The notes below the pieces were generated by a model. The model was not told the origin of the DNA. It ran no database searches and saw only the letters and a program-made list of their open reading frames with translations. Position numbers and translations under genes: made by a program. Positions 1-7,991 of a DNA stretch of 64,000 bases are shown one piece after another (the stretch's first letter is position 1; the number at the start of each line of letters is the position of its first letter). The DNA comes from a bacterium (GTDB lineage: Bacteria > Latescibacterota > Latescibacteria > Latescibacterales > Latescibacteraceae), in NCBI GenBank assembly GCA_021372535.1, contig JAJFUH010000038.1:12719-76718 (forward strand), read 5' to 3'.

Positions 1-65
1 AGCCTTACCAATATCATCTCAAAGACCACTGCGATCAGCAAGAACATACTCCCGCGCAATACGTT

Positions 66-281
66 TATCCGGTTATCCAGTTTGATAAGCATAGGAAACC
101 TTTTTAATCAGAATTGATACTTTCTTCCGATAGTATGTGATCCCCCCTGCCTGCGGCATCCCCCCTTTTTAAGGCGGGCGCGGCTTTTTGGGCACTTTCA
201 TCCCCCTTTCTTTAATAAGGGGGACACGGCGAAGCCGAGGGGGATCAATCATGTTAGCTGATTTAACTGGATAACCGGATA
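66..281. repeat. Element bounded by a perfect 17-bp inverted repeat (66-82 TATCCGGTTATCCAGTT; 265-281 AACTGGATAACCGGATA) enclosing nested C-tract/G-tract hairpins
   Basis: I read the inverted repeat directly. The interior holds GATCCCCCC (139-147) pairing with GAGGGGGATC (237-246), plus a CCCCC-N12-GGGGG hairpin at 202-223. Confidence 0.45.
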
Positions 282-426
282 CGTTTAAACAGCAATTTTA
301 CGCCACTGAATGATTTTCTTTCTGTCAGGATATACCCGGCATTGAATCCCCTTGCACATTCATTTCACCACCGATCAAGTCGGAGGCTGAGCTCACATTC
401 ATGTATTAATCGGATCAAAAAGGATA

Positions 427-455
427 TTGACAATTACAGGAAACACCCCTATGCT
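427..455 (+). promoter_or_regulatory. Candidate sigma70-type promoter TTGACA-N17-TATGCT upstream of the glycoside-hydrolase-like gene
   Basis: TTGACA sits at 427-432, followed by a 17-nt spacer and TATGCT at 450-455. The site lies about 115 nt upstream of the ATG at 570. Confidence 0.3.
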
Positions 456-569
456 TACACGATATTAATGGGAATTAGGCTATCAGCTCCTTTATCAGGA
501 GCTGCATTGCGGTTTTGTGTCATACACGGTGATTATCGTGTTTTTCATCATGTACATACGGAGGTAACC

Positions 570-2765
570 ATGGCATCATCCGGTCAGACATACCTTTCAC
601 GCCGTCATTTTATGCGGAACGCGGGAATTGCCGCAGGAACAGCTTTCGCCGCCGGTATCAGGCCCGTCTACAACGCATCAGCCGAGGAAACCGGACATTC
701 CGCGGGCTGGTTTGACACTATGTACCGGCAGTTTCACATCGATGCACATTTCGGAGGCTTCAGAGAGATATACAGGAATTTCGATGCCGAAGCGACCGCT
801 CAGATGTATGAAGAAGCCGGAATACAGATGGTCAGCTACTTCTCGAAATGCTGGGCGGGATATTCGTACTATCCCACGAAAATCGGCGTCGTGCATCCCG
901 GGCTTGACAGGGATTTCACCGGGGAATTGACCGCCGCGCTGAAAAAAAGGGGAATACGGCGAATCCTGTATTTCATGCTCGGTATGGAGCGCCGTCACCA
1001 GTACGAGCACCCCGAGTGGATCCGTAACACCGATTCAAAGAAGACGGTTGTCGAAAAAAGCGCAATCCCCGAATCCGCCATGATGTGCTTCAATTCTCCC
1101 TATGTCGATGAAATCGGTATACCCCAGATGAAGGAAATTATCGCGCTCTACGACATCGACGGATTTTTTGTGGACATTGTCATGCAGCAGTATCTCCAGG
1201 ACAACTGCTGGTGCAAATACTGCCGCGAATATTTCGCCAATGAGGTTGGGGGCGCGATGCCGTCCGGTGACAGCGATCCGAAAGCGTTCGCCTATCGCAA
1301 ATGGGCGAACCGTCACATGGAAGCGCACATGGAAAAGGTCCAGCGCGCCCTTGCCGAAGTCAAGCCCGATATTGAAATCATCAATAATTACGCATGGATG
1401 ATGCGGTATCCGGTAACCCCGCCTCGGTATGTCCACCATATAACATGGGACACTCCTGTACCGAAAGTCGGTCTTTATTCATGGAATTTTTCCCTCGAAG
1501 CCCGGTATGTCTCCACACTCCCGGATATTACCTGGAGCTGCATGAACACCCGCGGAAATACCTGGGGAGAATACTCGCTCCGCGAGCCCGAGGCGTTCAT
1601 GAGCGAATGCGCCATTCTTCTCGCCGCCTGCGGAAGAACCTATCTCTCCGATATCCCTTACCCGCACGGCAACCCCGATCCGGCGGTCATGGAAGTGTTC
1701 GGCGCTGTCAACAGGCGCACCCGCGAGCTCGAACCCTATGTGAAGAACTGCATGCCGGTCACCGATACAGCGGTGCTTCATTCGCCCGACTCGGTCTGGT
1801 CAAAAATGCCCATGGCGCCTACACCGGCATGGATTCCCAGTCCGGCATACTACCCTGTGTGCGGCGCCCACAAGGCGCTAATCGATGGGCATATCCAGAT
1901 GGGAATCCTCAACAGCGGAGGCTTATGTGACAGTCTGAGCCTTTACCGGGCGCTTGTACTACCCGACCAGCGCATCCTGAGCGACCGTGAATGCGAAACG
2001 ATACGGGCCTTCGTAAAGAACGGCGGGGCGCTCCTTGCAACCGGTGAGACAGGAACGAGAGATACGGACAACAAATCCCTCAAAAACTGCGCGCTCGCCG
2101 ATGTACTCGGTGTGGATTACCTGGGCACATCCGATACGGCGAACTGTTACCTCCGGACAAAAACCGGAATCGACAGTCACGGCATTCCGGCAATGGATAT
2201 ACAGGTCATGGGCCCGTATGGCCGGGTTAAAACCACGACCGCGAAGACACTGATCGAACTGGTTCCGCCGTTCGAGGGAATCAAAAATGGCACACCGCCG
2301 CCCGCTCTTTCACCGGAAGGCCCCGGGGTGACGGTGAACATGTATGGAAAAGGCAGGGCTGTCTACTGCGCCGCGAAACTGTTCGACTCATACTACCGTG
2401 AAAGCACACCGGTGCAGCGGAAGCTCGGCCTCTGGATGCTCGAACAGGTGTACCCGCCCGAAGCTCGCACCATTGTTCTCGAAAACACCCCTGTCAACGT
2501 CGAGGTTTTCTATAACCGCCGGGGGAAGGAACTGTTCGTCCACCTCGTCAACTACTCCGGCGACAAGCGCGAGGTCGGTACCCCGCAGGTACAGGATTTC
2601 GCCGTCGTGCATGGTATTCGTATCAGGCTGCAGCTTGCCCGGAAACCGGCGGGAGTCACAACCGTTCCCGGCGGGAAAACCATACCGTCCGCCTATTCGG
2701 ACGGCTGGCTGACCTTCACCGCGGAGCCGCTCGCGATCCACGAGGTGTACAGGATAGAGACGTAA
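570..2765 (+). CDS. TAT-exported glycoside-hydrolase-like protein with a beta-galactosidase (GH42) trimerisation-like middle domain
   Basis: GGAGG at 561-565 precedes the ATG at 570. The N-terminus SRRHFMRNAGIAAGTAFAAG is a twin-arginine signal. LVLPDQRILSDRECETIRAFVKNGGALLATGETG matches the GH42 middle-domain pattern. The track ORF 342-2765 is shortened to the start supported by the ribosome-binding site. Confidence 0.55.
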   Translation: MASSGQTYLSRRHFMRNAGIAAGTAFAAGIRPVYNASAEETGHSAGWFDTMYRQFHIDAHFGGFREIYRNFDAEATAQMYEEAGIQMVSYFSKCWAGYSYYPTKIGVVHPGLDRDFTGELTAALKKRGIRRILYFMLGMERRHQYEHPEWIRNTDSKKTVVEKSAIPESAMMCFNSPYVDEIGIPQMKEIIALYDIDGFFVDIVMQQYLQDNCWCKYCREYFANEVGGAMPSGDSDPKAFAYRKWANRHMEAHMEKVQRALAEVKPDIEIINNYAWMMRYPVTPPRYVHHITWDTPVPKVGLYSWNFSLEARYVSTLPDITWSCMNTRGNTWGEYSLREPEAFMSECAILLAACGRTYLSDIPYPHGNPDPAVMEVFGAVNRRTRELEPYVKNCMPVTDTAVLHSPDSVWSKMPMAPTPAWIPSPAYYPVCGAHKALIDGHIQMGILNSGGLCDSLSLYRALVLPDQRILSDRECETIRAFVKNGGALLATGETGTRDTDNKSLKNCALADVLGVDYLGTSDTANCYLRTKTGIDSHGIPAMDIQVMGPYGRVKTTTAKTLIELVPPFEGIKNGTPPPALSPEGPGVTVNMYGKGRAVYCAAKLFDSYYRESTPVQRKLGLWMLEQVYPPEARTIVLENTPVNVEVFYNRRGKELFVHLVNYSGDKREVGTPQVQDFAVVHGIRIRLQLARKPAGVTTVPGGKTIPSAYSDGWLTFTAEPLAIHEVYRIET

Positions 2766-2879
2766 TACCGCTATTTTTCAGGAAGAAGGAAAAACCGTAA
2801 GCCGCATGCGTGTGAACAATCCGGGTAACAACGATTGCTGTGGATGCCGTCTGAAAACGGAGACCCTGCTCCGGAGATG

Positions 2880-3335
2880 TCACAGGTCTTTACGCATGAT
2901 TATGCGTGTCTCCCCGGGCCCGAAATAATCATCCACGGTCTCCGTCTCACGGAAACCGAGGGCGCGATAACATGCCCGTGCATCTGTGTTTCCGGGTGCA
3001 ACGGTCAGAAACACTTCATCCGCTCCTTTGGAGGACAATACGTCGATCGCATCGAGCATGAGTCCCGTCGCAATACCCATGCGGCGGTATTCATTTTTCA
3101 CGGCGAGCGAAAGTATCCAGCACGCTCCGTTTTCCGGCTTCAAAGCGCCGAGAACATACCCGGCGATGGTTCCCGTATCGTTTACGGCGATGCGGAGCAG
3201 ATTGCCGAACACATCAAGCGCCTGACGGAAAAAAAACAGTGGATAGCCATGAACCCCGAACACTTCCTGTTCCAAAGAAAATACATCCGCTAAATCACCC
3301 ACGGCAGCTGTCCGTATGGTTATATGAGAATCCAA
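2880..3335 (-). CDS. GNAT family N-acetyltransferase (RimI-like)
   Basis: The segment ...LAVKNEYRRMGIATGLMLDAIDVL...VFLTVAPGNTDARACYRALGF carries the GNAT acetyl-CoA-binding motif R-x-x-G-x-A. Confidence 0.75.
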   Translation of the reverse strand: MDSHITIRTAAVGDLADVFSLEQEVFGVHGYPLFFFRQALDVFGNLLRIAVNDTGTIAGYVLGALKPENGACWILSLAVKNEYRRMGIATGLMLDAIDVLSSKGADEVFLTVAPGNTDARACYRALGFRETETVDDYFGPGETRIIMRKDL

Positions 3336-3365
3336 GGATGGCCTTTCGTTTTAAAAAAAATTTGG

Positions 3366-3556
3366 TTATTCAATTAGTGCATAAAACTTACAGATGAGAT
3401 GTTTTTTTCATGTTAACGTGTCATTCCCGTGAAAACGGGAATCCATCACCTGATGCTCATGACAGAGCGAAGTTAATACTGGATTCCCAATTCACTTCGT
3501 TCTTGGGAATGACAATACTTGGGAAATACATTAGTGATTATGAGCTTATTGAATAA
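3366..3556. repeat. MITE-like interspersed element, copy 1 (TIR TTATTCAATWAG; internal GTCATTCCCG/CGGGAATCC and GGATTCCCAA/TTGGGAATGAC hairpins)
   Basis: It is near-identical to 29978-30197. The terminal inverted repeats are GGTTATTCAATTAG at the left end and GCTTATTGAATAAAC at the right end. Four copies of the 8-mer GGGAAT/ATTCCC form nested stems. Confidence 0.7.
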
Positions 3557-3717
3557 ACAAAAAAGAGAAAAAACCAAGCTTTTCAGAAAATATGCAAAAC
3601 CGGAAATGAAAACAACACCATTGTACCATAAACCTTCCACAAAAAACGCCGCTGCATCTTCTGTTTTACAGAATGCACAGCGGAGCTCAATGAAAAAGTA
3701 CAACATTTTACGGTGTA

Positions 3718-5187
3718 TCAAGGCTTGATTGTTGTAATCTCCGTCCAGCTGCCGATGTTTGAACCGCCTTCGAGTTCGGTATCGTTGACATTGACGCGGT
3801 TGACATTCATTCTTGTACCGTCCTCGCTGTTATAGCTGTAACCGGACTGGTGGATCACATAATGCTTACCGTCCACCTCGCCGAGATACGTCGATATATG
3901 GCCGCCGTCACCGACAAAGCATATTCCGGGCTCGCATCCCTTGAGAAACTCGTATTTTTTCTCTTTCGGAGTCGAGCGGGGGAACATGACGACATGGTCT
4001 GAAGCATGCAGCTCGTGGGTTGTCCATCGGCCGGTATAAATACCGCACGTTCTGAGGACAACACGAACCATCCCGCAGCAGTCTCGTTCGTTGTATGAAT
4101 CCGCCCAGCCGTAGGGACGGTAGAGCAGGGTGAAAAGGGTATTGATGACATTACGCTGGGTGAAAGGCTGGTAGCCGACACTGACCCGCGCATCGGGTTT
4201 CACCCATCCGGCAGCCATGCCGAACGAGCCATCCGGCTTGCGGTACGGATAGCTTACCTCGTAACCGTCGGCGGTTTTCCTGGTGAGCCTGACTTTTGCG
4301 CCCATGTAAAAATCCTCGATAAACACATCGAAGTTTTTGTCGGCATAAATCGGCACCTTGTGGCAGGTAGCGACGATAAAATCCGTGCTGTTGATGTAGT
4401 CGCCGATTTCCTTCGGAGAGCCGAAAGCCACATTGACCGCGGGTATCCAGCCGAAGCAGATTTCGCTCCGCACGTAATACCAGTCATGATCCTTCGACAC
4501 ATGGAGAACCGCAACCGGCTGGCCGTAATCAATCATTCCCGACTGGAAACTATCGAGCCAGCCGCCCGGACCGCCGCTTGCCGGCAGGTTGGTGGGCATC
4601 ACTCTGTCGAGCGTATGCTTCACGAGAATTCCATACCGCGGGGTAATGATCTTTGCGGGAATCGAAGACACATTGGTCATGTCGATGAGCTCATTTTTCA
4701 TGTCCTCGTCGTACTTCATGTTTCTTCGATCGTAGAGGTTACGGTTATTGAACCAGTTGTTCGAGCGCTCGATACGAGCGCGGAGGCTGTCGGCGGGAAA
4801 AGAAGTGATCGAGAGCGGATCCTCGACATGGTACATGATTCCGATGAGGTCCTTATCGTCGAGTACCTGCTGAATCGAATAAGGATTCCCGAAAGCATCG
4901 GTGAATTCTGAACCGCGCGTGCTGTTCTTTTTATTGAGCTCCCGTATCTGTGCCGGGGTCAATATGATCTTGTCGGGATCCTTGATACGGGAAATCCAGA
5001 AATCGGCCGACTGCATCTCTGCAGTCGATCCGGGAACGACTTTCGGAGCGGTAAGCGCCTGTCTACGCTCGCCCTGACGTTCACCTTGACGTTCACCACG
5101 GGGCGCGTTTGCCTGGCCCTGTGCAACGGAAACAATCATGGCGAATAATGCAAAGCATACGCTCATACTCTTCAGCACTTTACTCAT
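3718..5187 (-). CDS. Secreted NlpC/P60 family cell-wall hydrolase-like protein (paralog of 31813-33282)
   Basis: It has a signal peptide (MSKVLKSMSVCFALFAMIVSVAQG) and a GERQGERQGERRQ tandem repeat. The C-terminus carries a DCCGMV...GGHISTYLG...VIHQSG Cys/His/His NlpC/P60-type triad. GGGAGA precedes the ATG. Confidence 0.6.
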   Translation of the reverse strand: MSKVLKSMSVCFALFAMIVSVAQGQANAPRGERQGERQGERRQALTAPKVVPGSTAEMQSADFWISRIKDPDKIILTPAQIRELNKKNSTRGSEFTDAFGNPYSIQQVLDDKDLIGIMYHVEDPLSITSFPADSLRARIERSNNWFNNRNLYDRRNMKYDEDMKNELIDMTNVSSIPAKIITPRYGILVKHTLDRVMPTNLPASGGPGGWLDSFQSGMIDYGQPVAVLHVSKDHDWYYVRSEICFGWIPAVNVAFGSPKEIGDYINSTDFIVATCHKVPIYADKNFDVFIEDFYMGAKVRLTRKTADGYEVSYPYRKPDGSFGMAAGWVKPDARVSVGYQPFTQRNVINTLFTLLYRPYGWADSYNERDCCGMVRVVLRTCGIYTGRWTTHELHASDHVVMFPRSTPKEKKYEFLKGCEPGICFVGDGGHISTYLGEVDGKHYVIHQSGYSYNSEDGTRMNVNRVNVNDTELEGGSNIGSWTEITTIKP

Positions 5188-5656
5188 GAATTCTTCTCCC
5201 TCAGTACTTTTTTACACTTATAGTTTATAGGTGAATAGTTCTCCAAATCGCCTGATATGTGAACCACCTTCCGGTCCCGATATCATTGAGGCTTAAACGA
5301 CCGACTCCGAATTCAGTTCCCGCTTTGCAAAAAGACAAATAAATCCCCATTCTGCAGAAAGCAGTTTGTATGAATGTACATATGTATATATTTAATAAAA
5401 TAATTTACCCGCTATTATAATTAAAAACAGTGCCGGAAACAATCGAATAAATGGAGCGACAAGCACAGTACAGGTAATCTCAATCCCGATTATACCTGAG
5501 TTTTATAGGCCTCGGGAGGGTGACCTGCCGTATAAACAGCATATGCCTGTACGACACCGCATCAGGGATGTATTGCACTGGCAGACGAAAGATGGTATAT
5601 TATAACCGGTTGAAATTCTCGACAGTTAGTTTTCATGAATACCGTTTGAAAGTACT

Positions 5657-6349
5657 ATGAGATATCTGACGCTGCTCTTAAGTTTAATCCTTGTTCTCGG
5701 AACTGCCGGCTGTATTTTCGACAGCGATAAAAAGGACGACATCAAGGGGGAGTATCTCGATTCATACTTCCCGCTCAATCCGAAGCTGACAAGGAACTAC
5801 ACGGTAACGACCTTTCTGGATTCGCTCGAATCCCGCAGTACCATGATCCGGTTTTTTTCCGGGATAATGAACTTCCATGGTACTCCCTACTATATTCTTC
5901 AATCGACCGACAGCGACAAGTATTCGTATTACCGTATCGACAACGGTATTCTCTATCGTTTTTACTTTGAAAACGAAAAATATTTCGTTCCCTTCGCTCA
6001 CGAGGAGCCTCTTCTCGACTTTACGAAAAATCCCGGTGAATCCTGGCTTGTCGTCGACAACACCATTCCGGAAACAAACGGAGAAACCACCTATACTCTC
6101 ACCGCAACGTATGTCGGGCTTGAAACGGTTCAGGTACCGGCCGGAACATTCGAAGGGTGTACGCGGTATGATAATTACGAAACATTTGTCAATGTATACA
6201 GCACCGGGGAAGGCGAGAACACGCAGAGAATGGAGATGAGATACAGCACATGGTATGCGAAGAGCGTCGGACTTGTCAAGGCGACATCCGAGGGGGATTT
6301 TTTCGGAAATTATCTGATCGAGCTCGAGACCTATACCCTGAAGAAATAA
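5657..6349 (+). CDS. Lipoprotein of a repeated uncharacterised domain family (paralog of 11813-12544 and of both halves of 40744-42432)
   Basis: The lipobox is LGTAGC followed by IFDSD. It shares the pattern YFPL...W.Y...G..VpAGTFegC...W.A..vGLVK with three other domains in the window. Confidence 0.6.
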   Translation: MRYLTLLLSLILVLGTAGCIFDSDKKDDIKGEYLDSYFPLNPKLTRNYTVTTFLDSLESRSTMIRFFSGIMNFHGTPYYILQSTDSDKYSYYRIDNGILYRFYFENEKYFVPFAHEEPLLDFTKNPGESWLVVDNTIPETNGETTYTLTATYVGLETVQVPAGTFEGCTRYDNYETFVNVYSTGEGENTQRMEMRYSTWYAKSVGLVKATSEGDFFGNYLIELETYTLKK

Positions 6350-6441
6350 CCATAAGCCTGAAAACCATTCCGCCCATCGAAATCATTCCCTATCCGGTGC
6401 GACTCCGGTGAAGTTCCTGCCGGGAGTGAAAAACTCCGGAG

Positions 6442-7263
6442 TTATTGTTCGAACATATTCGCCATTTTGAGACGGTTCTGTTTCGACAGGTTGATGAATT
6501 TCAATCCCGCCGTATTATCGGGTCTCACATGCAGCATGATTGACTCCGCCACCCAGTTGCTGAGGGGCGGCTGGTCGATTTTCAGGAGCACTCTGTATGT
6601 ATCCTCGGGATTGAGCTTTTCATCGAGGTTTATATTTGCAAGAAAGGCGCCGGTGCTGCTGATGTTTTTTACCTGTGCAGAGCCGTTGATGCAATGGATG
6701 GGATCGGAAGTACTGTAAACCTGGATCTGCGCCGCGATATCCACATCGAGGCGGGGCCATCGCCGTTTCAGAGCGGGAATCTGATTGGACGAAAATAAAA
6801 GTGTGTTCAGTTTTCTCGTCATGTAGGTATTGTCTTTATTGGATTTGTAAAAATAATCGTCAATTTCCCCTTCAGGAGGCGGCGCGCTCTTTTCGGACTC
6901 CATGGCATACAGTATCCTGGTATCTTTCAATTCATCACGTCTCTTGATGCACTTTATCACTTCCGATGAAGGAATGTCGGGGAATTTTTCATCGATGATC
7001 GCGAGATGGGGAAGAATCCTGGAACAGTCGACGAGGGTATCGCATCCTGTCTGCGCAATGGTGATGTTGATCCGATGATCGTTCTCGAAGAGTTCCGCCA
7101 CAAGTTTACACAGGGCATCGTCCGGAGACCCTATCAGTATCTCCCATTTTGTTTCCTGGGAGGATGAAAAATTCATGAGGAGGTCCGCATCCTCATCGGT
7201 GATCAGCCTCGTTATATCATTGAATCCGAACTGTTCGGACGCGTTGTCTTGTTTCTGGTCCAT
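6442..7263 (-). CDS. Receiver(REC)-like plus PilZ domain protein (predicted c-di-GMP receptor)
   Basis: The C-terminus has the PilZ motifs RRWPR (RxxxR) and NISSTGAF (D/NxSxGG). The N-terminus is CheY-like, with LIGSPDD...LAIIDEKFPD. Confidence 0.6.
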   Translation of the reverse strand: MDQKQDNASEQFGFNDITRLITDEDADLLMNFSSSQETKWEILIGSPDDALCKLVAELFENDHRINITIAQTGCDTLVDCSRILPHLAIIDEKFPDIPSSEVIKCIKRRDELKDTRILYAMESEKSAPPPEGEIDDYFYKSNKDNTYMTRKLNTLLFSSNQIPALKRRWPRLDVDIAAQIQVYSTSDPIHCINGSAQVKNISSTGAFLANINLDEKLNPEDTYRVLLKIDQPPLSNWVAESIMLHVRPDNTAGLKFINLSKQNRLKMANMFEQ

Positions 7264-7745
7264 CGTAAGTTCTCCATATCATGAGGAACAGGTTTTTTCA
7301 AGTGAAACAGGAGTTGTTATATAATACGACAACAATTCCATTCTGACAAGAGCGCTTATGGTCTTTATCAGACATTGACAATACAGGGTATAAATCACTT
7401 CTATCATTTATAAAATTTTTTAATGGAACAATTTACCGGGCATTGTCACTATGAACAATAAAAATCACTGCCCGCCTCGATTCTTTGCACCATTTGTCCC
7501 TGCCATACAACCATCCTGTCTTCAGGATTCTTTTGGAATCACTAATTATGTCTTGACATTATATCAACCTCATATAATAATATAATCAATAATGTTACGC
7601 ATTAACAATAAAATATGTGGTTTTTTTTCTTATAATGTGCATTATTTAACAGATATAAAGCATAGCGAAAAACACTGTCTGAGCCGTCAAGGGTCAGAAC
7701 TGATCCCCGATTAATGATTCGGGGACAACAACCTGGCCCGCTCTA

Positions 7746-7794
7746 TTCACATATTTTAATTGAACACAGATTTTTGCGGATCGGGTGGATTTTC
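7746..7794 (+). promoter_or_regulatory. Conserved intergenic motif, copy A (TTCACAT...GAACACAGATTTTTGCGGAT...GGATTTTC)
   Basis: It shares about 45 nt of alignable sequence with 12554-12600 and 31699-31750. It lies about 200 bp upstream of the first HD-GYP gene. Confidence 0.45.
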
Positions 7795-7991
7795 AAGAAT
7801 TGTTAATACCTTTTAAGATGTGAACGATTAATAATTACTAATGATAGTAAAAATAATCTATTATGTGTGTTTGTGTTTTAGTGGTAATTTTTTTTATGAA
7901 TTAAACAACCTGACAACATTTTTCGCCGTCGAGCATGCAAGAAGATATCTTTTCTTCGATCTCTTGATGAGCACCGGAATCCGGAAAAACC

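Noticed and set aside
342-569. N-terminal extension of the first CDS as given by the track (342-2765).
   Set aside because: The extension (MNPLAHSFHHRSSRRL...) is compositionally odd. GGAGG plus ATG at 570 is followed immediately by a twin-arginine signal peptide, which is a much better start.
3473-3728. Small ORFs 3473-3721(-) and 3519-3728(+) between the GNAT and NlpC/P60 genes.
   Set aside because: They fall entirely within the MITE-like repeat and its flank. The hairpin-rich repeat explains the open frames.
7264-7991. c-di-GMP (GEMM) riboswitch upstream of the HD-GYP genes.
   Set aside because: I found no match to the conserved GEMM-I/II sequence blocks by eye in any of the three leaders. 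Infernal would be needed to exclude it formally.
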